Assembly (NCBI GenBank): GCA_951406725.2
Contig: OX597815.1
Coordinates: forward strand, 57,846,001 to 57,910,000
Reading direction: 5' to 3'
From: Octopus vulgaris
Lineage: Eukaryota
Length of the DNA: 64,000 nucleotides
Shown here: piece after piece, positions 38,066 to 51,079 of the stretch
Position numbering within the stretch: position 1 is the first letter of the stretch
How the letters are laid out: each line of letters starts with the position of its first letter
Made by a program: the position numbers and the translations under genes
Notes under the pieces: generated by a model
Told to the model about the DNA's origin: nothing
Database searches by the model: none
The model's input: only the letters and a program-made list of their open reading frames with translations

Positions 38066-38490
38066 ATGCATGAGAAGACTTGTCAAGCCAAGTGAAATCA
38101 TAGTTGTGGATGTGTCAGTGTCCTGTAAATGGCATCTGTGAATTCATAGCCATGGCCGTTACCAGTGCCATGTAAATGACACCCATGGACCATAGTCATG
38201 GTCATTACTGGTACCATGTAAAGGGTACCCATGAATCGTTGTGATTGTTGCTGGCACCTGTAAATTGTAGTCATGGTCGCTGCTGGTACTATGTAAATAG
38301 CATCCATGTCAGTGGCATGTAAAAGCACTCATTACATTCCTGGAGTGGTTAGCATTAGGAAGAGCATCCAGCCATAAAAACCTTCTCAAATCAGACTGGA
38401 ACCTAGTGCAGCTCTCCAGCTCATCAGCTCCAGTCAAACCATCTAACCCATGTCAGCATGGAGAGTGGGCATTAAATGATGAGATGATAT
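38066..38490 (+). mobile_element. Older, diverged 3' UTR and tail of the same RTE-like family
   Basis: Degenerate CATGTAAA repeats, GGAGTGGTTAGCATTAGGAAGAGCATCCAGC, AACCCATGTCAGCATGGA, ATGATGA tail. Confidence 0.7.
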
Positions 38491-39176
38491 AGTGAGACTC
38501 ATTTCACTTCTGGCATGTTAATTTTTGCCATTTTGTTATGTGTATTTGTTTCAGCTATTTTATCTCCTTGAATGGGGGGGGGCCTTTTATTCATTCTCTT
38601 AGCTCCTTTACCAGTTTCTACTTGAGATTTCCACTAGACAGCACAAACAAGCTATAATATTTTGCCTTCTTTAGCTCTTATGTAAGATTTCATTTTGCCT
38701 TGACAGTATAGAAATGGCCAACAGTATTGTTTTGCCCTAAAAAAACAAAAGTATATTAAACTGAATGAGAAATCATTTGCCAGCTGTTAAACTCTTTCAG
38801 TTTAAATAAATGTACATTAGCTTTCTCTCTTCAATGACGGTTATTTATTTTCTTCTACACATTTAAATCTTCAAACAAGAAAACATGATCACTTTCTTGA
38901 GAAATCTTATTAGTTTTGTAAAATATGAGAATATACATTCCACAACACATCTACTTATTGAAATAGTGTAACCAAATTTATTACTGTTCACTGTGGTGTT
39001 TGCAACGATATAATTTTTAACCACTACTGCTACAATTGACTTAGGCCCTCCCTCAAAATTTCTGGCCTTGTGCTAAAATTTGAAACTATTTTTATTGCAT
39101 TATTCTAACAACAAGATCAGAATTCCTGTAGGTATTCTTACTTTTATTCCTTTACTTGTTTTAGTCATTGACTAGT

Positions 39177-39386
39177 TCTGATTGTAACTCAGCAATTAGA
39201 GCAAGGTTGTCAGCATAGAGGAGCTCCCAGGGGCACCCTGTCTTGAATTCCTCTGTTATTGCCTGGAGAACTATGATAAATAGAAGGGAGCTGAGGACTG
39301 AACCTTGATGGACCCCTACCTCTACCCGGAATTCTTCACTGTACTTGTTGCCAACCCTCACCTTACTGACAGCATCCCTGTACATG
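39177..39386 (-). mobile_element. Isolated RT-core fragment of the PHD-bearing RTE-like LINE
   Basis: ORF 39161-39385: VGVHQGSVLSSLLF..WELLYADN. Confidence 0.9.
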
Positions 39387-39815
39387 TTTACATATTTTTA
39401 TATGAGTGGGTAAAACATTATTTACAAGCCATAAACAATTTCTTATAGTGTTCTGGCTTTGTTACACAAACAACTAAGGAACTTTTTAGTCTGTGTTGTG
39501 ACAGTTGTAATATATTACAACTATCAATCACAACAGTAAGACTACATCAATTCTTTTTTGAGTCAGCTGTAAGCTTAAAGCTGTTTCTTCTGGCCCCATA
39601 ACCAGCTCAGTATTTTTATTGTTACAGTTCTGAGACTTAAAAAAATCATAATTCAACTGTTGCACCAGAAAGCATTCTCTCCTCAACTGGAATTAGTTTT
39701 TGTATCAATATTGCAAAAACTCCCTCATAAGTGATTTCAATAAGATTAGTGTGTGAAATTTCTGCTAGTAAAAGGTGACAATTTAAAGTCATATATTTAA
39801 TGTAAAATTTCTTAC

Positions 39816-40010
39816 TTTTATAATTTGCCATGATGCCTGCAAAATAGCATACTGGATTCTGTTGATAAGAAAGCCATCACACTCTTTTTTCAGTTGTATT
39901 GGTACCTGGCCAATTTCATTCATAATTTTCTCTGCCTTATTCATGATTTTACTGTCAGTCCATGGAGCAGGAACAAGTTCAACTGCAGGAGCAAAGAAAG
40001 GTGGATTTAC
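39816..40010 (-). CDS. CRYL1: CRYL1 internal exon (195 nt)
   Basis: VNPPFFAPAVELVPAPWTDSKIMNKAEKIMNEIGQVPIQLKKECDGFLINRIQYAILQASWQIIK; ttttatcag acceptor, GTAAGA donor. Confidence 0.97.
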
Positions 40011-40249
40011 CTGATAAAAGAAATTTAGTTTAAAAATTAGTCCAAGATTAACGGATGAAAAATTTAGGATAAATCCAATTTCACAAACATCAAAAAACTG
40101 TATCAGACTACACCATCCTTTTCCGACATTTTCACAATAGTTATAATTTTAGTTTGAATTTTATATTATTCCAAACTTGTACTTACAAGTTGTGTAATTA
40201 TTATTAAATTATTTTACTAACAAGATCACAAAAGATCTATTTCTCTCTT

Positions 40250-41670
40250 CATCATTGGCTTTATCTCATATCTGAGAATTTAGTTTCTTCTTTGCTGAAT
40301 GTTTCCCTTATGGTGATGGCATTGATGACTATGCAGACCAATTCTTGATAAGAAAAGTCAACGATGTTGGTGGAGGACAAGGTTGATTTTGTTAAGCCTT
40401 TCTCGCCTGTCATTTGATTTCTTCCTTTTCTCTTCTGGTGACTTTGAAGTTTTTGGTTTCAATGGTGATGGAACACTACCACTTGGTATGGTCTTGGTCT
40501 TGTGTTTCAAATGATTTAGGTTCAATTCCAGTGGCTTTCAGTGTTGCTTTGAATTTGTCCATGTATCTTCGAAGAGAGCAACTCTGTGGTCTTTTCTCTG
40601 AAGTGAGCTCACTAAATATGACTTGACATGGGAAGCTTGACTTTTCCATTCTTACTACATGTCCTGACCATTGAAGACAGTGTTTCATTATCAGTGATTC
40701 AATAACTTTGACTGTTGGCACTTTCCAAGACTTTGTTGTTGGTAACATAGTGTTCCCCATTTGATGCTCAAGTTTGAATGAAACTTTTGTTGGCAAAAGC
40801 ATTCTTATTTTTGGATGTCGCAATGATATTCAGGTTTTGCAGCCATAGAGTAAGGTTGAAATGACAACAGCATCATAGACTATAATTTTTGTTAAGTTAA
40901 GATCTTTGAGGATTAACTTGATTAGCTTTCCAAATGCACCATTAGCAGCTCCAATTCTGTTTCCACATCCTTTTCTGAGATGCACCTGTTTGATAAACGA
41001 CTGGTAAGATGGTATTTGGGACTGATTCAGCAAGGACCTTGGATTTCTTGATGTTTGCTGTAAGGCTAAAGTGATGGTAGGCCATAGCAAAGTTGTTCAC
41101 AGACTGTTTGAGGAGTTCTTTTGAATGACAGAAGGCAGCATTGTCATCAGCATATTGAAGTTCTGAGATGTGCTGCATGTGTGTTAAATGCTTAGACTGA
41201 ACTCTACTAAGCTTGAAAAGTCCTCCATCTTATTGATATCTAATGTCAACTCCTGGATTGTTTGGAAGTTCATGAAGCATTGCAGCCAGATACTAGGAAA
41301 ATAGTGTAGGTGCCAAGACACATTCTTGCTTTAGTCCACACATGATTGGAAATTCATCTGACAGCATGTTTTGGTGAAATACATGCCCAAACATATATCG
41401 TGCACTGCTTCAACCAAAGTGATAAAGTGATCAGGATATCCAAATCAATGCAGAACCCTTTACATAGCAGCTCTTGAAACCCTATCAAAGGCCTTTTCTA
41501 AGTCAAAGAAAACAAAGAAAATGGGCTTATGTTGTTCCCTGCTTTTCTCCCAGAGTTGCCTTGCACAGAAAATCACATTGATATTCTGGTAGGATCTTTT
41601 TGATGATTTAGAAGAATCCTAACAAAGACCTTTCCAGTGATGGAGAGTAACACTATTCCTCTATAGTTCC
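40250..41670 (-). mobile_element. RTE-clade LINE, RT and C-terminal part (5' part displaced to 48543-49040)
   Basis: NYRGIVLLSITGKV, FFDLEKAFD, CLGTYT/LAPT region, ELQYADD, STLLYGCKT, LQWSGHVVRM. Confidence 0.88.
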
Positions 41671-41826
41671 GAGGAGTAGCTGTGTGGTAAGTAGCTTGCT
41701 TACCAACCACATGGTTCCAGGTTCAATCCACTGCATGGCACCTTGGACAGATGTCTTCTACTATAGCCGCAGGCCAACCAAAGCTTTGTGAGTGGATTTG
41801 GTAGACAGAAACCAAAAGAAGCCCGC
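41671..41826 (+). mobile_element. 5' half of a family 1 SINE; a matching 3' tail lies at ~48455-48542
   Basis: Matches 23318-23470 up to the internal microsatellite. Confidence 0.85.
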
Positions 41827-42683
41827 TGTGTGACTGCTGAGGACATGCGTAAGCTCGCAAGGAATGAAGCCAGTATGCTCCGATGGATGTGTAATGTCAG
41901 TGTGCATACTCGTCAGAGTGTAAGTGCCTTGAGAGAAAAGTTGGACCTAAGAAGCATCAGATGTGGTATGCAAGAGAGATGACTGCGCTGGTATGGTCAT
42001 GTGGTGAGAATGGATGAAGATAGCTGTGTGAAAAAGTGTCACACCCTAGCAGTTGAGGGAACCTATGGAAGAGGTAGATCCAGGAAGACCTGGGACGAGG
42101 TGGTGAAGCATGACCTTCGAACATTGGGCCTCACCGAGGCAATGACTAGTGACCGGGACCTTTGGAAATATGCTGTGCTTGAGAAGATTCAGCAAACTCA
42201 AGTGAGACCATAACCTTGTGACCTACGCTAGAGGTGTAACCAGCCCACTTATGCGTACCTTTCCTTCATTGGACACTAAACTCTGCTTGTGAAAACCTAT
42301 TGAGGCAAGTGAAATTGAAATCAAATTCTATGACAGCACCGCATGACTGGCATCACTGCTTGTGGAGCGCTAAGAGCACCATCTGAGCATGATCATTGCC
42401 AGGGCTGCTGACTAGCTCCTGTGCTGGTGGCATGTATAAAGCACATTTCAAGCATGATCGTTATCAGCGTTGCCTTACTGGCACATAAAAAACACCATTT
42501 GAGCATGGTCGTTGCTAGTACCGCCTCACTGGCCCTCATTCCAGTGGCACGTAAAAGCAGCCACTACACTCTCGGAGTGGTTGGCATTAGGAAGGGCATC
42601 CAACTGTAGAAACTCTGCCAGTCCTCAGTCAAACAGTCCAACCCGTGCCAGCATGGAAAGCGGACGTCAAACGATGATGATGA

Positions 42684-42687
<4 letters not shown>
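41827..42687 (+). mobile_element. 5'-truncated PHD-family RTE-like LINE (C-terminus, 3' UTR, tail)
   Basis: VTAEDMRKLARNEASMLRW..GRGRSRKTWDEVV; degenerate 3' UTR modules; (ATG)n tail followed by (TA)n. Confidence 0.92.
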
Positions 42688-42730
<43 letters not shown>

Positions 42731-42734
<4 letters not shown>

Positions 42735-44029
42735 CGGCATTGCCCGGCTACATTCAATTGAAGAATTAGACTTTTCTGTTATATTTTATCTAATGAACTG
42801 GAATATCTATATTTCGATTTTCATCACCCCCAAAACATTGTAATCATGCCACATGTATCCCATACTACTGATTTTTATGCGCATATTCCAAAATTCCAGT
42901 CTTATTGAACCTGTTAAAAAGATTTTGCTCCTGAAAAATGAAGGTCACGGAGCTCTAAAATGTGAGAGTTAAAGCCCCTGTTGGGAGTGGGCTCTTGATG
43001 TCAACCAGAGAAGTTGAATTGAATTGTTGAGAATCTTTTTAACTTGGCTCTTATATCTATTGTTTGAATTTCTTTGAAATAAGAAATATATGTTCACTGG
43101 GTTTGTAAAAGAGAGCAAAGCTACAGGAAACCAAAAGACGAATGATCACAATAAGCAGTCAGCTACCCTACCCTAGTTGTTACCACTCCCAATGTAGGAT
43201 TCCTCACTATCCAGGTGACAGGCACAGCCGTAAGATGCATTACGAATCTATAGCAATTGGAAGGGTGTGACCCAACTCAAATAAACATTAACAACTGTGT
43301 CACGTGAGGGCTAAGGAGAAATGAAAGTTAGAGTTTGCAAGTTGCAAGAAATGAAAGTTGGAGTGTCACCTCTGGAGTTTCAAAATGACCACTATACTGA
43401 TACATAACTGGACAGAATAATTTTACAATCTATAAATGTCTTTGAATAACCAGTCACTCATCTGGGAAGGCCTTGAAATCAATGTTACCATCTTGGGACT
43501 ATGTGTGACCCAGTGATAATAAAACGACTGAAAGGAGGTCTGCAATCAAATAACTTTACTCAACACTTTGCAACTGAATCAGATGCCTCTCATTTACTTG
43601 ACAATTTATGCACCACATTGCAGAAATCACAATGTAAGTGTATGTCAAAGCAAACTGTTACACTGTTGTACCATTGAATTACAAATAATGCTCATCTTTT
43701 ATGCTTGGGTAACCCTACAGCTTCTAAGAGCACAACTGTATTCGTTTTTTGCTTAGATAAAGTGACAAAATTGTGGGTGTTAAGTCCCCATGGAGGGGTC
43801 TTTCTAACTTGTAAGAAGATGAAATTTTATAAATATTACTTCATTTTGTGTCTAATATGTATGGTTAAAATTTCATCAACAGCAAAAATATATGAATTGT
43901 CATGGGGGTTATGGCCCTTATGCATAGGATATAATTTCCAAATTTCATAAAGATCCATTCAGTACTTTTGACCTAGTTTTGGATCATAAAAGAAATTACT
44001 AAAATTTGGGAGTTAAGGCTCCCATTAGG

Positions 44030-44065
<36 letters not shown>
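42731..44065 (-). mobile_element. Possible non-autonomous Helitron-like element
   Basis: CCCGGCATTGCCCGG hairpin at the left end and TCTATATATA.. at the right end on the minus strand; both ends lie in (TA)n and no terminal CTAG is seen. Confidence 0.35.
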
Positions 44066-44355
44066 TATATAGATAGATAGATAGATAGATACATTGATAG
44101 ATACAACTGAGTGGGCAAACAAAAATATGAGACACAGCCTAGTGCTTTTTTTATGTTGATAAGCCTGGTACTTATTCTATTAGTTTGTTCTTGTGAAACC
44201 AGTAAGTTATGTGGATGTAAATAAATGAACAGCAATTGTGAAGCAGTGATGAGGGCAAAACACAAAGACACACACATACACTTACATATATACATACATA
44301 TATATATATATACGATTGATTTGTTTCAGTTCCTGTCTACGAAATCCATATATAT

Positions 44356-46288
44356 TGTTGTTGGCATCCTTTATGTCTCGGAGACAATGGAGTTGCACAT
44401 AAAATAATCTAGTCCGGCTTTTACATTTCATGTCCTAATACATCTTCTGCTGTGGCAATGTAGTCCTATCCTGGACAAACACTCCCTCTGGCAGGTGCCG
44501 CAAATGTAGCGAAGACTTTGCCTGGCTGGTTGACACCTTTTCTTGTCTTTCCATTTCTCCTATCTCTCTATGTCACTCCTTTGTGTTCTCTCTTTTATGG
44601 TACGTCGCCAATCTCCATGGTTGCTGGCAATTGCTTCCCAGTTGGTAATATTAATGTTGCAGGCATTCATGTCCCTTTTGCAAACATCCTTGTATCATAA
44701 GAACAGTCTTCCCACAGACCTAGTGACCCTAGCAAGCTCTCTGTAGAATATGTCTTTGGGGATTCTGCCATCTTGCATACGGCTAACATGCCCAAGCCAT
44801 CTCATACATCTTTGTGTGAGGAGTGCAAACATGCTTGGTATTCCTGCTTGCTTGAGGACATCTTTGTTGGGGACATGATTCTGCCATTTGATGTGAAGGA
44901 TTTTCAGGACGCAGCGCAGGTGAAAGATATTTAGGCGACGCTCTTGGCATGTGTATGGTGTCCAAGTCTCACTTCCATACAGTAGAGTGCTAAGTACACA
45001 TGACTGGTAAATCTTCATTTTTGTGGTCTTGGTCAGCTTATTGTTGCCCCATGCCAGCTTGGAGAGTTAGGCCATCACAGCAGCTGCCTTGCCAATGCAT
45101 ATATTGAGCTCAGCATCAAGGGATAGGTTGTAGGTGACGGTAGAGCCAAGATAGGTAAACTTCTCCACCTCCTGTAGTCTGTGGTCTCCAATATGTATGT
45201 TTGGGATGCTATGTGCTTGCTCAAAACAGTTGATGAGCCTCTGTAGGGCTTCTTCTGTGTGTGATACCAGAGTGGCATCATCAGTAAATAGCATCTCCTT
45301 GATCAGGACGCTTCTGATTTTGGTCTTGGCATGCAGACGCAAGAGATTGAACAGTTTCCCGTCACTTCTACTGTGCAGAAACACTCCATCATCTGATGTC
45401 TCAAAGGCATGTGACACCAGCAGCGAGAAGAAGATGCCAAATAATGTAGGAGCAAGGACACAACCTTGCTTTACCCCGTTTTTTATTTGGAAGGCAGCTG
45501 ATAATGAACCATTGTGCTGTATGGTGCCTTGCATATCATCATGGAAAGATTTGATGATCCTCAGCAGCTTTGGTGGACATCCAATTTTTTGGAGCAGGAT
45601 GAAGAGGCCTTTTCTACTTACCAAGTCAAAGGCTTTTGTCAGATCAATGAAGACCATATATAATGGGATTTTCTGCTCTCTGGACTTCTCCTGAAGTTGG
45701 CGTATGGAGAATATCATGTCAATAGTTGATCTGCTTCTTGTATTGCATCAGAGTCGCATGCTTTGCTTCGATAACTGTTTCCAACTCTGAGAGCCCAGCA
45801 CTGAACCAATCTGGGTTTTGCCTTTCTCTCATGCCGAAAGTATCTATTGATGTGGTATACAAAGCTTCCCTGATATAATTCCACCTACTTTCAGCAGAGG
45901 AGGTTGGGTAGCTACTGAGGGCAACCTTGATAGAAACAGCAAAACATTTTCGCAGTGTAGGGTCCGAGGTCCGGGCAGTGTTAATGCGTGGTCGGCCCAT
46001 TTTCTTGGAGTGATGGACTTTTTTAGGCAGAATCCTCACCCTGCTTCTTATTAGTGAATGATCTGTGTCACAATCCGTGCTGTGGTAACTATGGGTCAGT
46101 TGAACAGAATTCAGTAAAGATCTTCGTGTAATGATGAGATCCAGCTGATGCCAGTAGTGAGATCTTGGATGTCTCCAAGATGCCTTGTGGGATGTCTAGT
46201 TGGCAAAGAATGCGTTGGTGATGCACAGGTTATGGTATGTGCAAAATTAAAGTAGTCTCTGACCATTGTCACTCATGTTGCCAATACC
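44356..46288 (-). mobile_element. RTE-clade LINE with an internal deletion
   Basis: EN end (WHQLDLII, HSTDCDTDHSL); RT motifs RQLQEK, FIDLTKAFD, GVKQGCVLAPTLF, MLFTDD; LLYGSETW, RWLGHVSRM; sequence jumps at ~45735. Confidence 0.93.
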
Positions 46289-46364
46289 AAAACACATGCA
46301 CTTGCATATATACATACATATATATATACGATTGATTTGTTTCAGTTCCTGTCTACGAAATCCA

Positions 46365-46396
<32 letters not shown>

Positions 46397-46924
46397 CACA
46401 CACACAAAGATAAATTGATAGATACAACTGAGTGGGCAAACAAAAATATGAGACACTGCGTAGTGCTTTTTTTATATTTTGATAAGCCTGGTACTTATTC
46501 TATCAGTTTCTTCTTGTGAAACCAGTAAGTTATGGGGATGTAAATAAACGAACACCAGTTGTGAAGCAGTGATGAGGGAGAAACACAAAGACACACACAT
46601 AGACTTACATAGATATATATACATATATATATACAATTGATTTCTTTCAGTTTCTGTCTACAAAATCAACTTTGGTTGGTCTGAGGCTATAGCAGAAGAC
46701 ACATGCCAAGTTGCCCCACAGTGGGATTGAATTCAGGACCATGTGTTTTGGAACCAAATTTATAAATGGTGGTTTCATATGATGAATTTCAGAGTGAATA
46801 ACATAGCTGCTATATACAGCTGTCATCAGAAACCTGAAGAACACTTTAGTCCATCATTTTCTGCTTTTTTGATCCAGTTCATGCAATGTTACCATTTGAT
46901 CAAAGTGATCTACTCCACTCATAT

Positions 46925-47345
46925 ATCTCTATATATATAAAACTGAGAATGTGTGTGTGTCTGTCTGTGTGTTTCCCTAAAACTTGAGAACTAGAACTAC
47001 ACAACCAAATTCATTCAAATTTTACACATGCCTTACTTAGGGTCCGGGGAGTGTCTTTGGCAAAAAATTTTTTTAACATTTTGCCTAGGGCGAGCCCACA
47101 GCAATATCATATCTTCTCCACTACGATTCCCTAAAACTTGAGAACTACACAACCAATTTCATTCACATTTTACACATGCCTTACTTAGGGTCCATGTAGT
47201 TTCATGGGCAAAAAAAAATGTTCAACTTCTTGCCTAGAGCGAGCCCATAGCAATATCATATCTTCTCCACTATTTCAGTATTACGTGCTAAAAGTGAAAC
47301 AAAAACATTTCTCTATTTTATGTCAGATACTTTCACTTTAACAAT
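46925..47345 (+). mobile_element. Helitron-like 5' fragment with a ~150-bp internal tandem duplication
   Basis: Starts TCTCTATATATATAAAACTGAGAATGTGTGTG; 46972-47122 is repeated at 47127-47272. Confidence 0.55.
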
Positions 47346-47579
47346 AAAAATAATAATAACAATGGAATTATATGTAGTAAGTAATAATTAAAATCAAACT
47401 AAAGTATAATATAATCGTAACATAACAAAAGTAAAAATAGCAATTGGTATAAAATTGCATCAATGACTTGAACTTGAAGTAAGTGGTTTCACATGAATGG
47501 GAATAAATTAAAAATAAAATTTAAGTGCAGAAATTGAATAGTCCAGATGGAGCTGTGCACATACCGTTTACCATGGCTT

Positions 47580-48450
47580 TTACATTAGATTCATTGCTAA
47601 TTAGCTAGCATTAAGTATCTATATGAAGTTTGGCTGTATGTAATGTCTGTTTTCTCGAACAGCCACTTCTACTGAGTACTGCTGTTGGTTTATTTCTTAT
47701 ACATAAAGGACTATAGCTTCAACTGTGTACTGCTTTTTGATTCACCGAAAGGTTTGTTGTTATTATTACTGTTTAACTATTGTTATCACGTTTGTTGGTT
47801 CCTCGTGAGGGAAACGTTGTTGTGTTGCATTTGTTAAATAATTGTAAACTGTAACCCCACCTCTGGGAGAAGGAGCTTTGGTTATTGTTTAAAAATTGAA
47901 TTGTGTCCCTGTTTGGAGAAATTGACAATATTTTCACCGTTTATATGGAAGCATTTTTGTTAGAATGCCTTCGATAGAAGAAAGTCTAAAAATGAATTTC
48001 GCTGCAGCTGTCGGCAGGCGCGAACTCATTAAAATTAAAATGGAAGAAATACAAACCTATTTCGGATTGATCACCGACAAAGATGGTGAATCTAGGATAA
48101 CACCACCAAATGAAATAAAAAATTAAATTAAAGAAAAGACTATTGTCTATAAAGTATACAATGTAGAGAAGAAAAAAAGATTTGAACACCTGGAGGAAAG
48201 CACCATCGAAAAGTGTCTTGGTGCGGCTATGAAAGATATCTGACCAGAGGCAGTAAATTCGCCACAATAGAAGCGAGGTTCGAGTCAACGGAGCGTGCAA
48301 GGGAGTATTCGATTCAAACCTTGCAAAGTAAAAATATTTTATTTTTACCTTTATATCTGGGACATAGGACGTGCCAGATAAAAATTAAAAATGTCCCCCC
48401 AGAAGTAGATGTAGGCTGGATTGTAGCCACACTTCTATCCAAGAGATAAA
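47580..48450 (+). mobile_element. Probable 5' UTR and ORF1 fragment of an L1/Tx1-like non-LTR element
   Basis: Broken ORF ..YLTRGSKFATIEARF..FLPLYLGHRTCQIKIKNVPPEV resembles RRM-type ORF1 proteins. Confidence 0.45.
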
Positions 48451-48542
48451 TTGATAAATCCTAGGGTTGATTTGCTTGACTAAAGGCAGTGCTCCAGCAC
48501 GGCCACAGTCAAATGACTAAAACAATTAAAAGAATGAAAGAA

Positions 48543-49040
48543 CATCCTTTTCGATCAACTTTTTTTGAAGATCGTGATGATGACTACATCTTTCAGTTTT
48601 TTTAGGAACATGTTGGGATTCCCACATCTTCAGGATGAGGGTGAAGATATGGGTTTGCAAGGGTAAACCTCCATGTTTGATCAGCTCAAAAAGGACATTA
48701 CGTGGGTCTGGAGACTTTCTTGATTTCATCTGCTTCCTAGCTTGCTTGTATTTGTGAAACATAGGCTTCCTGTTTATACACAGCTGAGGAAGATGATTTA
48801 GAAAGTGTCTCAGAAAGTCCTCAGCTGCATTTGAATTTCTATTTAGGAGGGTGGAAAAATGTTCCTTTCAGTGCAAGAGTATGTCTTGTGGATCAGTCAG
48901 GATGTTTGTATTGTCAGCTGCTAGAGGGGATCCAGCTGATACCCATACTGGTCCAAATATCTGTTTCATTTCAACATAAAAATTTCTTAAGTTCAACTGC
49001 TTTTTCTGCAGTTGTCTTAGATTTTTTCCTTTACCGTACA
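48543..49040 (-). mobile_element. 5' continuation of the RTE LINE at 40250-41670
   Basis: MKSRKSPDPRNVLFELIKHGG..ILKMWESQHVP..KDVVIITIFKK.DRKGC, the sequence that normally precedes GNYRGI. Confidence 0.85.
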
Positions 49041-50400
49041 GGAAAATGTAAAAAAAAAAGACACTTTTAACAAAGTAAATAGCAACTTAATTGGATTCTG
49101 AATTTTAGAACAAAATAAGAGGAGTACTTGTTGACAATTTACCTTGTACATATTTCAGTGTTGTCAAGGAAATGCATCTAAAAGCAATATCCAACAGAGC
49201 AGGTTTGGTTTTAGGCACATAAGATAAAGTTAAAATATTCAAAAAACTTCAGATACTCTTTATTGTTACCATAACTACCATATTAAAAATTTTATGTGAC
49301 ACTATCAATACAATAACAATTTATGCAAAACAAAATCCATATAACAACAAACAAGAGTAATATAAAGGGGCACAATCAGCATCATCATTGATGTTCTTTT
49401 AATGTCTACTTTTCCATGTTTGCACAAATCAGATGGGATTTGTTGAGACAGATTTTCTCTTACTGGATGCCTTTCCTATCACCAACCCTCATGTACTTCC
49501 AAGCAAAGTGATATTTCCCTATGGTCAGTTGTGTTTTCAGAGAAGATTGGAATTGGAAGACAATGGTGATGCTCATCTGGAATTATCATGCAATGTCAAG
49601 ACAAGGACACGCAAACATTCACATCCCAAAAATAATGTGTGTGTGTGTGCACGCATGTGTGTGTAAAATGGGTTTCTTTCAGTTTCTATCTACTAAATCC
49701 ACTCTCAAGGATTTGGTCAACTAGGGGTTATAGTAGAAGAGACTTGCCTGAGGTGCCACACAATGGACAGTGGCAATGAACCCAAAACCATGTGGTTAAG
49801 AAATGAATTTCTTAAACTACACAGTTACTTAGCGGTTTGGCAAAAGAGACCGATAGAATAAGTACCGGGCTTACAAAGAATAAGTCCCAGGGTCGATTTG
49901 CTCGACTAAAGGTGGTGCTCCAGCATGGCCGCAGTCAAATGACTGAAACAGGTAAAAAAAGAAAAAGAGTAAAGAGTTAAGTCTTTGCCTTACAACAAAA
50001 GAAACCCCAAGCCTATCAATGGAGTCGCCTTAAATAAGGAAAGGTTACATTGGATCATGTAGTCCTGCATATCTCTAAAAAGTTATGTTCGCATCTGGAA
50101 TGCCCATGATCATAGGTCCTCTTAATGAGGACTGATCTAGAGCGTAACAACAAAACAAATCCCATTACAAAAATAACAATAAAATACTTACCACACTCTA
50201 AAAAAATAAAATTACAGTATATTACTCTGTAACCATAAAAGAATGAAAGCGAAATTGACTTCTATATTTGATCATAACTAAATATCATAAGACATTTCTA
50301 TAAGTATTTAAGTGTCTCTGCTACTCTTCAACACTTTTGATGTTAGAACACTAAAATAGTGATTTCTTACATTGGCACAGTAATAATAATGAAAACTTAC

Positions 50401-50562
50401 AGGATGAGCAACAAACATTTGATTCCGGTGCTTAAGCTCTTCAGATATCTTTGATGGAACAATGCAGCTGGCAGAACTGGCTAGTAGTGCTTCATTGGAA
50501 AGATATAAATCTATGGATTTTAGTACTTCTTTTTTTAGTTCAAGGTTTTCTGGAACAGATTC
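50401..50562 (-). CDS. CRYL1: CRYL1 internal exon (162 nt)
   Basis: ESVPENLELKKEVLKSIDLYLSNEALLASSASCIVPSKISEELKHRNQMFVAHP; ttttaaatag acceptor, GTAAGT donor. Confidence 0.97.
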
Positions 50563-51079
50563 CTATTTAAAATGATAAAAACAAAATCGAAATATTTAGA
50601 TTAAAACAAGAAGCTAAATTATGTCATATAGAGAACAGAGCCCATTCTTTTCTAAGCAAAACTCAAAGGACAATTAGAACTAAATAGGCTGAGCATTTTA
50701 AGAATTAGTATTCGCTCTGCTTGTAGCATTGAAAATGGCTATCCTGGCAGCATCATGGTTGAGTGCATTCAGTTGTAAAATCCTTGTTTCAGTATTACAT
50801 TAGCAAATATCAAGATCTGCCAATTCTCTCCCATGCATAAAATAGTGATTGCAAAACAATTACACAAGAGGTTGTGCTATCAGAGTATTAAACATAGGCT
50901 TATACAAATACAGTGAAATCATTAAGTTGTTAACAGTAGGAAAGACAACTTTTAAAACATAAGCTCTACCAAAAGTAAATGAACATATTTACTAATACAA
51001 AAATACTATCATGAAAGTAAGAAATCTGGGCAAAAATAAAGTAAAAGAAGAAAAGTATGCATATGAATATATCTTATAC

